Of a DNA stretch of 64,000 bases, positions 1 through 9,041 are shown in pieces; the first letter of the stretch is position 1, and each line of letters begins with the position of its first letter. The notes beneath the pieces are model-generated. The model was given only the letters and a program-made list of their open reading frames with translations. It did not search any database and was not told the origin of the DNA. Position numbers and translations under genes: made by a program. This DNA is from Candidatus Gottesmanbacteria bacterium (GTDB lineage Bacteria > Patescibacteriota > Microgenomatia > 2-02-FULL-39-11): assembly GCA_016195685.1 (NCBI GenBank), contig JACPZE010000020.1:21725-85724 (forward strand), written 5' to 3'.

Positions 1-2
1 CA

Positions 3-692
3 GATTTACTGGGCAAATTTGTTTATGGAATTGCAGAATTGCATAGAACAGAAATAAAAAATGCAAAATACATTGCTTGTGGTGGTTGTGAAGCTACGGT
101 ATCGATACTTAGTCTTTATCCGTTAGTGAAAAAAGGCCTGATAGATCTAAATAATATCATCATTGACGGGAAAATGAGCAGCAGTCAGGCCGGGAACAAG
201 CCTACTCTTTCTTCCCATCATGCGGAAAGAAGCAGAGTGGTACGGACTTATGCGCCATTGGGACACAGGCATACCGCCGAGATAGAGCAGGAATTAAGTT
301 TTGGAAACAAAAAAGCTTTTGTATCCGTAACTGCTACCAGTATTGAGATGGTTCGCGGACTATTAGTCACCATCCACACAAAAATATTAGATGGAGTGAC
401 AGAAAAAAATATTTGGTCGGCATACAGGGAAATTTATAAAAATGAACCCTTCATAAGAATTGTAAATGAAACTGAAGGAATCTATAGATACCCGGAGCCT
501 AAAATTTTGGAAGGAACGAACTATTGTGATATAGGCTTTGCGTTGGATTCCAAATCCAAACATCTGGTAGTGATCGGAGCGATAGATAATCTGGGGAAAG
601 GTACAGCAGGCCAAGCCGTGCAAGCGATGAATATAATGTGTGGATATCCCGAAACAACAGGGCTTACTTTCCCGGGTCTTCATCCAGTGTAA
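3..692 (+). CDS. argC: N-acetyl-gamma-glutamyl-phosphate reductase, C-terminal part (5' end outside window)
   Basis: The frame is open from the window edge. The translation has ArgC hallmarks (GHRHTAEIEQEL and C-terminal NLGKGTAGQAVQAMN). The ORF track starts at an internal Met at 39, but the frame continues upstream. Confidence 0.88.
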   Translation, partial: DLLGKFVYGIAELHRTEIKNAKYIACGGCEATVSILSLYPLVKKGLIDLNNIIIDGKMSSSQAGNKPTLSSHHAERSRVVRTYAPLGHRHTAEIEQELSFGNKKAFVSVTATSIEMVRGLLVTIHTKILDGVTEKNIWSAYREIYKNEPFIRIVNETEGIYRYPEPKILEGTNYCDIGFALDSKSKHLVVIGAIDNLGKGTAGQAVQAMNIMCGYPETTGLTFPGLHPV

Positions 693-695
693 AAT

Positions 696-1517
696 ATGAA
701 AAATGATTTGCAACTTATAAAAATCGGAGGAGGTCAAGATATAAATTGGGATTTTATAGCAGAGGATTTAAAACGCTTGAAAAAATTCATCATCATACAT
801 GGAGCAAATCATAAAATAACAGAAATTTCAAAAAAACTTGGAATTACCGAGAAAAAAATCATTTCTCCCAGCGGTTTTGTCAGCAGATATACGGATGAAA
901 AAGCTCTAGATGTATTTCTCATGATTTATGCGGGACTCGTGAATAAAAAATTAGTCGCATTGTTGCAAAAATATAAAATTAATGCTGTTGGATTAACCGG
1001 AATTGACGGTAGAATTTGGGAAGGAAAAAGAAAAAATATTATTTACTCGGTGGAAAACGGGAAAACTAAATTGATAAATGATAGTTTGACCGGTAATGTA
1101 GAAAAGATAAACACAAATCTGTTAAATTTACTGGTAAAAAACGGATTTGTTCCTGTTCTTTGCCCACCGGCCATAAGTTTTGATAATGAAATCATAAATG
1201 TAGATAACGATAGGGCGGCGGCAGTGCTGACAAAAAGTTTAAAAATTAAAGAAATGATTATGTTATTGGAAGCACCAGGATATTGCAAAGATTTAAAAGA
1301 TCCGAAATCAGTTGTATCAAAAATACCTTTCAAAAAATTGGATAGATTTATAAAAATTGCACAATCCGGCATGAAGAAAAAATTACTAGGGGTTAAGGAA
1401 GCTATGATTGGGGGTGTGGAGAAAGTTTATCTGGGTGACGGTAGAGTAAAAAATCCTATATCAAAAATATTAAACGGTGCAGGTACTCTTATCTTTAAGG
1501 AGTCAATCTATGAATGA
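696..1517 (+). CDS. argB: acetylglutamate kinase (amino-acid kinase family)
   Basis: Amino-acid kinase family signature (IKIGGG..., HGANHKI) and a length of about 273 aa. It is tightly packed between argC and argD. Confidence 0.88.
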   Translation: MKNDLQLIKIGGGQDINWDFIAEDLKRLKKFIIIHGANHKITEISKKLGITEKKIISPSGFVSRYTDEKALDVFLMIYAGLVNKKLVALLQKYKINAVGLTGIDGRIWEGKRKNIIYSVENGKTKLINDSLTGNVEKINTNLLNLLVKNGFVPVLCPPAISFDNEIINVDNDRAAAVLTKSLKIKEMIMLLEAPGYCKDLKDPKSVVSKIPFKKLDRFIKIAQSGMKKKLLGVKEAMIGGVEKVYLGDGRVKNPISKILNGAGTLIFKESIYE

Positions 1518-2661
1518 TAATCACAAATATTTATTACCAACCTATCCGGATAGAGGGATCAATATTATCCGAGGTGAAGGAGTGTATCTATATGATGTCA
1601 ACGGGAAAAAATATATAGATTTTGGCAGTAATTACGGGGTTTCTATTTTGGGTTACGGAAATAAAGTTATCCTATCGGCGCTTAAATCACAAATAGAGAA
1701 ACTTATAAATCTCCATGGAAGTCTGGGTAATCCGGTGCGCGATCAGGCAGCGAGAAAATTGGTAAATATGTGCGGGAAATATTACTCGCAAGTTTATTTT
1801 TGCAACTCCGGCACAGAAGCAATTGAAGCGGCTCTCAAATTTACCAAACTTACTAAACGCGGAAATCATATTATCGCCATGCAGCATAGTTATCACGGAA
1901 AAACATTGGGAGCGCTTTCTGTAACTGCGGGAGAAAAATACAGGGAACCTTTTACACCATTGATTTGGGACGTAAGTTTTGCGGATTTTGGAACGATCGA
2001 GAATCTAAAAAATTCAATAAAAAAAGATACAATAGCTATAATCATTGAGCCGGTGCAGGGAGAAGGGGGAATAAATCCATCCCCAAAAGGATTTTTAAAA
2101 GCAGTCAGGAAATTATGTGACCAAAATAATTTGCTTTTAATTATTGATGAAATACAGGCGGGACTCGGGAGAACAGGATCATTTCTGGTAAGCCAAAACG
2201 ATGGAATTAGTGCCGATATCTTATGTTTGGGGAAAGGATTGGCAGGCGGTATTCCCATCGGAGCTACAGTTGTATCAAAAAATGTAGCAGCTCATGTACC
2301 AGTACATATCCATACATCTACTTTTGGAGGAAACCCTTTGGCGATGAGCGGTATTTTGGCCACCTTAGAGTTTCTCTCCGATAAAAAAATTTACCGTCAT
2401 ATACAAGAAACAGGAGATTATTTCTTAAAAGAGCTTAAAAAAATTCGCCATCCGAAAATTATCGACGCAAGAGGAGTCGGACTTATGATTGCTCTTGAAC
2501 TTAGGGAAAATGCGACATGGTTATTAAAGTCACTTCAGGATAAAAATATCATAGCAATTCCAGCAGGAAGTAATGTTGTCCGATTTTTACCACCGTATTT
2601 AATTACCGAGAAAGAGATAGATGTTTTAATTTATGCACTTAAAGAAATTTTCGTAAAATAA
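1510..2661 (+). CDS. argD: acetylornithine/class III aminotransferase
   Basis: Class III PLP aminotransferase motifs are present. The ORF track start at 1477 lies inside argB. The ATG at 1510 is preceded by AAGGAG and overlaps the argB stop by 8 bp, so it is the likely true start. Confidence 0.88.
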   Translation: MNDNHKYLLPTYPDRGINIIRGEGVYLYDVNGKKYIDFGSNYGVSILGYGNKVILSALKSQIEKLINLHGSLGNPVRDQAARKLVNMCGKYYSQVYFCNSGTEAIEAALKFTKLTKRGNHIIAMQHSYHGKTLGALSVTAGEKYREPFTPLIWDVSFADFGTIENLKNSIKKDTIAIIIEPVQGEGGINPSPKGFLKAVRKLCDQNNLLLIIDEIQAGLGRTGSFLVSQNDGISADILCLGKGLAGGIPIGATVVSKNVAAHVPVHIHTSTFGGNPLAMSGILATLEFLSDKKIYRHIQETGDYFLKELKKIRHPKIIDARGVGLMIALELRENATWLLKSLQDKNIIAIPAGSNVVRFLPPYLITEKEIDVLIYALKEIFVK

Positions 2662-2663
2662 TT

Positions 2664-3347
2664 ATGTGCAGATTTTTACTCGTCAGGTCAAAAACGAAAA
2701 TCAAACTGGAAAAATTATTACACCAGTTTTCACAGATGAGCGAGAGAAGCCGTGCACCCGATGGTGACTGGCAAGGTGACGGGTGGGGAATAGCGATCAA
2801 AACTCAAAGCTGGAAAATTTATAAATCATTAAATCCCATTTGGGAAGATAAAGATACTTTTAATATATTTCCGGAAACGAATATTTTTGTGGTTCATGCC
2901 AGGAGTGCGGGGTTTCCGCAAGATAGAGGTATTATTGAATATAATGAGCCTTACGTTTCTGATGATTTATGTTTTGTTTTTAATGGAATGTTAAAAGGAG
3001 TGAATATCGCGAGACAACTTGAAGGAAAAATAGGGGCACAAAAAATATTTTCTCTGATACAAAATGTCATCCTGAGCGAATGTAGTGAGTTAAAGGACCC
3101 CCCGCGAATAGAGGAAGTCCTACGTATTGTTGATCAACTCATTGTTAATAACTCTAAAAAGGTTATAGGAATGAATATTGGTCTTGTAAAAGATGATAAA
3201 TTTAATGTTCTTTGTGAATATGACAATAACGATGAATATTTTAGTCTACGATATTACCAAGATGATCAAGTATCGCTTGTATGTTCTGAAGAAATTGGGG
3301 AATACGATTGGAAAATGATGAAAAAAGGGGAAATATTAGTTCTATAG
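2664..3347 (+). CDS. class II (Ntn-type) glutamine amidotransferase-like protein
   Basis: Met-Cys N-terminus (MCRFLL), the nucleophile position of class II GATases. The overall pattern is YafJ/EgtC-like. It follows argD after a 2-bp gap. Confidence 0.65.
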   Translation: MCRFLLVRSKTKIKLEKLLHQFSQMSERSRAPDGDWQGDGWGIAIKTQSWKIYKSLNPIWEDKDTFNIFPETNIFVVHARSAGFPQDRGIIEYNEPYVSDDLCFVFNGMLKGVNIARQLEGKIGAQKIFSLIQNVILSECSELKDPPRIEEVLRIVDQLIVNNSKKVIGMNIGLVKDDKFNVLCEYDNNDEYFSLRYYQDDQVSLVCSEEIGEYDWKMMKKGEILVL

Positions 3348-3349
3348 CC

Positions 3350-3740
3350 TATTGACGGCTAGATCAAAAATTGGTATATTGAATTAAGTTAATAAAAGCG
3401 TTGATGGGGACGAGTAAAACATTTGTGTCTTTCAGAGAAGGGTAATCGGTGAGAAGTCCCAAAGACAATTGTTTGTATCTCCAAGACCCTGGAGCTGCCG
3501 GAAGAAATCAGTATTTACTGAAAGTAAATCCGAGTCGGGTGCGCCCGTAATAGCACTAAAGTGTCACTGTTCCGATTTTATCGGAAATCAAGCACTTGAA
3601 CGAGGAGTAATTTACAAAGTGACACGCATGTTTTGCGTGTTTTTGTTTATTTAATTACTCGAAATGAGGTGGTACCATGGTTCGACTTCGCTCACCACGA
3701 GCTGTCAACCGTCCTTATATTTGGACGGTTTTTTTGTGGA
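3350..3740 (+). ncRNA. long structured 5' leader or small RNA with two tandem intrinsic terminators; type unresolved
   Basis: A ~400-nt noncoding gap. The first hairpin, ACACGC-N7-GCGTGT with a U-tract, lies at 3622-3652. The second, AACCGTCC-N8-GGACGGTT with TTTTTTT, lies at 3707-3737. This is directly upstream of a CDS with a GGAGG ribosome-binding site. The ORF-track ORFs here (3469-3654 and 3677 start) run through terminators. Confidence 0.35.
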
Positions 3741-3748
3741 GGAAAAAT

Positions 3749-5098
3749 ATGCTAGTAGAAAGACGAATTTTAATTACAACACCAAGAGAAGGATTACAGC
3801 AAGCCGGTGCTTTTCCAAAAGATGGTAGATTAGGGATAAACGATCCAAATCTTTTACCTCCTGCTCAAATTATTGAAGCAGGAGCTATTAATCTGCTAAA
3901 AGATTTGATTACCAGAAGAGATTTGATGGTGGAATTACCTAATCCAATTTCATGTCCATCTGCGGCAAAAATGGTGAATAGAATCCTAACTACTGCCCAA
4001 ACATTTGGAGTATCTGATAGAGTTCCGGTACATACGAGGATGACAAAAAAAGATTTTAATTTGGCTGTAGTATGTGGAGCAACAGCAGTACATCTTTATG
4101 GTAATTCTTCAGATTTAGCTGGAAGAAAAGGTCAATCTATTGAGAAACTTACAGATAGTTTGGAAGAAATAGCAGATGATGCTTACAAAAGTGGAGTTAA
4201 TCACCTGCGGGCCAGTTTAGAGCAAGCAACTGCTACTCCAATTGATAAAATTGTTCAATTTGTTACAAAGATTAAAGAAATTAACGGAAAGTATCCAAGG
4301 AAAGTTATAACAGCGATAGGACTTCCTGATACAAATGGACTGGCAACTCCAGATCAATATCAAAAAATATTAACTAAAGAAGTAACTCAATTGATAAGAG
4401 ATTCAGGGTTAACTCTTTTTATACATTTACATGATGATGGTAATAATGCTTTAGACAATGCAAAAACTATTATGGAAATTGCAAAAGCAGAAAATATTTC
4501 AGTAGTAGTTGAAACTGTTCCTAAGGAATACCCGGGAGAGAGAGTAGGAATACGCCCTTGGTATAGCGATTTAGCAGAGCTCGGTTTTCCAGGTGAATTG
4601 CCTAAAAGCGCCACTGAGATATTAGAAGGAAGCTCATGGGTTTTAAAATATCCTGAATTAAGAGATATAGCGAAATTAACAAATACCGCGGGTGTTCATA
4701 CGGATGATATGGAACGATATGCGAATGGTAATCACGGGATTTTCCCCTCACCGGGTCTATATTCCATTATGGGTGCAAAAAATTTTGGTTTCTTGCAGGA
4801 ACATACATTGCCAATTGATATAGGAAAAGTAAGTACAATTGAGGTATTGAGATCTGCTGCATTAATTGGGCGTGAATTAGCTGTACAATATGGCAATCAG
4901 TCGCAAGCAGTAGCAATCGCGTTAGCGGAATTAGCCTTTAATAAACCCGATCTTGTTCAATCAGTGTCATCTCGTTTTAATAATCACAATATATGGTTAG
5001 AAGATGATGTTCCTGATTTAAGAGTAATTTGTGATCTATTGCATAAAATTATTTATGATAAATGGAAAATGAATATTAATTTTCAAAAAAGAGTATGA
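3749..5098 (+). CDS. HMGL-like (DRE-TIM metallolyase superfamily) protein with a divergent N-terminal motif
   Basis: HLHDDGNNALDNA matches the HxHNDxGxAxAN motif of the IPMS/homocitrate synthase/HMG-CoA lyase family. The N-terminal LRDGEQ equivalent is degenerate (TPREGLQQ). The start is reassigned to the ATG at 3749, which has a GGAGG ribosome-binding site. The ORF-track start at 3677 lies inside the terminator. Confidence 0.65.
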   Translation: MLVERRILITTPREGLQQAGAFPKDGRLGINDPNLLPPAQIIEAGAINLLKDLITRRDLMVELPNPISCPSAAKMVNRILTTAQTFGVSDRVPVHTRMTKKDFNLAVVCGATAVHLYGNSSDLAGRKGQSIEKLTDSLEEIADDAYKSGVNHLRASLEQATATPIDKIVQFVTKIKEINGKYPRKVITAIGLPDTNGLATPDQYQKILTKEVTQLIRDSGLTLFIHLHDDGNNALDNAKTIMEIAKAENISVVVETVPKEYPGERVGIRPWYSDLAELGFPGELPKSATEILEGSSWVLKYPELRDIAKLTNTAGVHTDDMERYANGNHGIFPSPGLYSIMGAKNFGFLQEHTLPIDIGKVSTIEVLRSAALIGRELAVQYGNQSQAVAIALAELAFNKPDLVQSVSSRFNNHNIWLEDDVPDLRVICDLLHKIIYDKWKMNINFQKRV

Positions 5099-5155
5099 TT
5101 ATAATCTAAATAGCTATATTCAAATTCGGTTCGAAAGCAAGTAAAATATATTTAT

Positions 5156-7456
5156 ATGTTCTGGGCCGATAAAATTGCAAAAAATATAATTGATTCAAGA
5201 AAATATACACCTTATTGGGTCGACGATATGAAGACTCCATCGGGAAGAATTCACGTGGGATCTTTGCGTGGAGTACTCATCCATGAACTAGTCTGGAGGG
5301 CATTAAAAAATGCCGGAAAAGAAGCGACTTTTACCTATGTCTTTGACGATCATGATCCCATGGATGAGTTGCCTATATATCTGGAAGAAGAAAAATGGAG
5401 TAAATACCTGGGCCAACCTCTATATACTGTTCCATCGCCGGATGGAAAAGCAGAAAACTATGCAAAATATTTTGCAGATGAATTTACAGAAGTGTTCAAC
5501 AAGCTAGGGTGCCGTCCCAAAATTCTTTGGACAAGTGAATTATATAAGAAAGGTATGATGAATGATTTGATTAAAGTATGTTTAGATAAAACAGAATTAA
5601 TCAGAAAAATATATGAAGAATTGTACAAAAAAAAGATGGTATCTGATTGGTATCCTTTCCAAGTAGTTTGTCCAAAGTGTGGGAAAGAATCTACAACCAG
5701 AGTAAATAATTGGGACGGTGAAAATGTCAGTTTTGTATGCAAAATTGATGCAGTTGTTTGGACAAAAGGTTGTGGCTTTTACGGATCAGTTTCACCATTT
5801 AGTGGTGATGGAAAATTTGCAGGTAAACTTTCATGGAAAATAGAATGGCCGGTGAAGTGGCAAGTCATTGGAATCACAATTGAAGGCGCTGGTAAAGATC
5901 ACATGAGTGCAGGAGGTTCCCATGATGTGGCAAAACTGATCTGTGAAAGAGTTCTAAAATCGGCGGTTCCATACCAGATAGCTTATGAATTTTTCCTAAT
6001 CGGTGGCAAAAAGATGTCTTCCTCAAAAGGATTGGGATCGTCAGCCAAAGAAGTATCAGAAATTATCCCGCCATACCTTGGACGTTTCCTTTTTACCCGT
6101 ACAGATTATCGGGAAGCTATAGAATTTGATCCGATGGGAACGATGGCTATACCGGATCTGTTTGATGAATATGATAGATGCTGGCAAGCATACAATACCG
6201 GATCAGATGAGAATCTATCCAGTATTTTTGAGTATTCACAGATAGATGATATACCTGGGAAAAATCCAACATTATTTCTCCCGAGATTTCGCGATATTGC
6301 AAATTTCGCACAACTTCCAAATGTCGATTTATGGCAAAAACTTCAACAGATTAAAGGAACTGAATTAACAGAATTCGAGGACGATATTATACGTGAACGA
6401 CTTACATTTGCATTTATATGGCTTAGTAAATATGCCCCGGATGAGTATAGGTATCAAATATCGATTAAATCAATTGAAGAAATAAATTTAACTAGCAAAC
6501 AATGGGAATTCTTAAATGTTCTTTCAGATATTTGGGCGAATGTTAAGGATCCTGAAGAATTACAATCTAAAATATTCCAATTGGCTAAAGCCAAAGATAT
6601 GAATCATAAAGAGGCTTTTAATACTTTGTATACAGTTTTGCTTGATAAACCACATGGTCCACGTGCAGGGTGGCTTCTTAAAAAATTTCCATCAGAAGTA
6701 GTTATCAAGAGGTTAACACTTAATAGACATCAAAAAGTTAGAAAACAAGCAAGAACGGTAAATACTATTTCCCGTCCAGACTTGTTCACAATTGATAAAG
6801 AGGTTAAAAGTAAATATCCGTCTGTATCTATAGGAATTGCAATAATCAAAGGAGTAAATATCAAGAAATCAGATCCATTACTTGAGAAAGCAAAAGAAGA
6901 ATTTTTGAAAAGTTTAGAAAACCTTACAACAGAAGAAATAGGTAAATATCCACAGCTAATCAGTTACAGAAAATTATATAGAGAGATGGGAATAGATTGG
7001 CACTCAAGACGTCCATCTCCTGAGGCCTTACTGCGAAGAGTAATTTTGAAAAAAGGATTATATTCTATCAATACCTGTGTAGACGCATATAACCTAGTAG
7101 TGATGAAACATAGAGTTTCAGTGGGCGCATTTGATTTGGAGTGTGTAAGATTTCCGACTGTCTTAAGATATGCAGATGAAGGAGACGAAATATTATTATT
7201 AGGTGATAAAGAACCGACTAAATATACTTCAAAAGAAATTGCTTATTATGACAAAGTAGGCGGATATAATATCGACTTTAATTATCGTGATGCACAAAGA
7301 ACTATGGTAACGGAAAAAACTAAAAATATCTGGATAAATGTAGATGGTGTTTATGATATCAGTCCGGAATTGGTAGAAAAGTCACTTCGGGAATCAATTG
7401 AAATAATAGTTAAATATTGTGGAGGGGAAGTAGAGTTTGAGGGAGTAGTAAGATAA
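5156..7456 (+). CDS. lysS: class I lysyl-tRNA synthetase fused to a C-terminal B3/4-like (PheT editing-type) domain
   Basis: The HIGH-type motif (GRIHVGSLRG) and KMSSSKG (KMSKS) place it in class I LysRS. The C-terminal ~240 aa (from about 6716) show a B3/4 domain pattern (NTCVDAYNLVVMKHRVSVGAFDLE...GDEILLLGDKEP). Confidence 0.8.
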   Translation: MFWADKIAKNIIDSRKYTPYWVDDMKTPSGRIHVGSLRGVLIHELVWRALKNAGKEATFTYVFDDHDPMDELPIYLEEEKWSKYLGQPLYTVPSPDGKAENYAKYFADEFTEVFNKLGCRPKILWTSELYKKGMMNDLIKVCLDKTELIRKIYEELYKKKMVSDWYPFQVVCPKCGKESTTRVNNWDGENVSFVCKIDAVVWTKGCGFYGSVSPFSGDGKFAGKLSWKIEWPVKWQVIGITIEGAGKDHMSAGGSHDVAKLICERVLKSAVPYQIAYEFFLIGGKKMSSSKGLGSSAKEVSEIIPPYLGRFLFTRTDYREAIEFDPMGTMAIPDLFDEYDRCWQAYNTGSDENLSSIFEYSQIDDIPGKNPTLFLPRFRDIANFAQLPNVDLWQKLQQIKGTELTEFEDDIIRERLTFAFIWLSKYAPDEYRYQISIKSIEEINLTSKQWEFLNVLSDIWANVKDPEELQSKIFQLAKAKDMNHKEAFNTLYTVLLDKPHGPRAGWLLKKFPSEVVIKRLTLNRHQKVRKQARTVNTISRPDLFTIDKEVKSKYPSVSIGIAIIKGVNIKKSDPLLEKAKEEFLKSLENLTTEEIGKYPQLISYRKLYREMGIDWHSRRPSPEALLRRVILKKGLYSINTCVDAYNLVVMKHRVSVGAFDLECVRFPTVLRYADEGDEILLLGDKEPTKYTSKEIAYYDKVGGYNIDFNYRDAQRTMVTEKTKNIWINVDGVYDISPELVEKSLRESIEIIVKYCGGEVEFEGVVR

Positions 7457-8338
7457 ATGTATAGATTTTTTAATAGACACAAACTATTTCTTACAGATGT
7501 AGGTTTAATCTACGCAGCTGCAATTTGGGGAGCCACTTTTTATATAGTAAAAGATAGTCTACGATTTATAAATCCTCTGGCTCAATTGGGGTACAGATTT
7601 TTGTTTGCAAGTTTGGTTCTGGGGATTTTTCTTAAGATCAAGCATAAAAAGCTAATTTCAAATTTTAAGGAAGGATTTATTTTGGGAGTTTTAGTTTGGA
7701 TTCTTTTTGTACCTCAGACAATCGGATTAAAATATACTACCGCATCAAATTCAGGATTCATAACAGGACTTTTCGTAGTATTCGTGCCTATATTTTCTCT
7801 ACTTTTATTTAAGGCAATACCGTCATTTCAGAAAATTACAGCTATTTTACTTGCAACTAGCGGGCTTTATTTTCTCACCGGTGGGTTAAAAGAGTTAAAT
7901 ATCGGTGATGTTATTACTCTCATTGCTGCTATGGCATATGCTCTGCATATCCTGGTTTCCGGAGTGTTTATGAAAAGAAAAATAGATCCGTATGTCAATA
8001 CTTTTCAGCAATTTTTCACTATGGGAGCTTTGAGTCTTTCTACCGGATTATTATTTGGTCAGTCAATATTTGTTCAATCTATGAACAGTTTATGGATTAT
8101 AATTTTTCTCGCTCTTTTTCCCTCACTTTCTGGATTTGTGATACAGATGGTTGCTTTGCAATATACTGCTCCGGTAAAAGTTGCTATAATATTTACACTT
8201 GAACCCGTATTTGCAGCGATTTTTGCCTGGACACTGGGAGGTGAAAAATTCTTGCCTATAAATGCATTCGGAGGATTATTAATAGTATTTGCAATGATAA
8301 TCTCTGAATTGCCAATGACAAAAAGTGAAAAAATATGA
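7457..8338 (+). CDS. EamA/DMT family permease
   Basis: About 10 predicted TM helices in two halves, typical of the drug/metabolite transporter fold. Confidence 0.7.
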   Translation: MYRFFNRHKLFLTDVGLIYAAAIWGATFYIVKDSLRFINPLAQLGYRFLFASLVLGIFLKIKHKKLISNFKEGFILGVLVWILFVPQTIGLKYTTASNSGFITGLFVVFVPIFSLLLFKAIPSFQKITAILLATSGLYFLTGGLKELNIGDVITLIAAMAYALHILVSGVFMKRKIDPYVNTFQQFFTMGALSLSTGLLFGQSIFVQSMNSLWIIIFLALFPSLSGFVIQMVALQYTAPVKVAIIFTLEPVFAAIFAWTLGGEKFLPINAFGGLLIVFAMIISELPMTKSEKI

Positions 8339-8901
8339 TCTCTAGACAACAAGCTTGGGAATTATTGAATAACCATATGAAGAGTCAGAATCTGATAAGA
8401 CACTGTTTAGCAGTTGAGGCAGTGATAAAGGCATTAGCACGATACTTCAAAGAAGATGAGGAAGTGTGGGGAATAGTGGGACTTCTCCATGATGGAGATT
8501 ATGAGGAAGTGGAGAAAGATCCCTCTCAACATACTTTAAAAATGCATCAGTGGCTTACAGATGTTGGAGAAACAGACCCACGTATTTTAGAAGCAATTCT
8601 TTCTCATAACTTTGCTCATACAGGACAAAATTCTCCCAAAAATAATCTGGAATGGTCGCTTTACTGTTGTGACGAATTGACTGGTCTAATTGTTGCAGTT
8701 ACTTTAGTCAGACCGGAAAAAAAGTTATCAGCGGTATCTGTAGAGTCAGTGATGAAAAAATGGGATATAAAACAGTTTGCTGCCGGAGCCAAACGTGAAC
8801 AGATAGCGCATTGTCAGGAAAAACTGGGGATTAAACTTGCTGATTTCATTAGTATTGCTTTAAAAGCAATGCAGTATAAATCCGAAGAATTAGGATTGTA
8901 A
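8335..8901 (+). CDS. HD-domain phosphohydrolase
   Basis: Contains the HD motif (LLHDGDY) in an otherwise all-alpha protein of 188 aa. Confidence 0.65.
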   Translation: MISRQQAWELLNNHMKSQNLIRHCLAVEAVIKALARYFKEDEEVWGIVGLLHDGDYEEVEKDPSQHTLKMHQWLTDVGETDPRILEAILSHNFAHTGQNSPKNNLEWSLYCCDELTGLIVAVTLVRPEKKLSAVSVESVMKKWDIKQFAAGAKREQIAHCQEKLGIKLADFISIALKAMQYKSEELGL

Positions 8902-9041
8902 TTTACGTCTTACTATTTCGTCAGGTATGAATTTTTCGACTCCTACAAAACGCTCGCGCAATAGTTTTTCTATACATATATTCCTAGTCGCTCGGGAAAT
9001 GGAGTAGTCTGCAAAATTCATACCTTCCTTAGTTAAAGTAA

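Noticed and set aside
3469-3654. 61-aa ORF and the 3677 start of the long ORF in the leader region
   Set aside because: Both read through hairpin and U-tract terminators. The downstream gene has a good GGAGG ribosome-binding site at the ATG at 3749, so these are treated as non-coding.
3350-3740. Possible tmRNA, RNase P RNA, SRP RNA or 6S RNA
   Set aside because: I could not find the tmRNA 5' GGGG...UUCGACG or 3' T-arm and CCA-acceptor pairing. The RNase P P4 sequences and the SRP GUCCGGAAGGAAGCAGC core were also not found by eye. The region is left as an unresolved structured leader.
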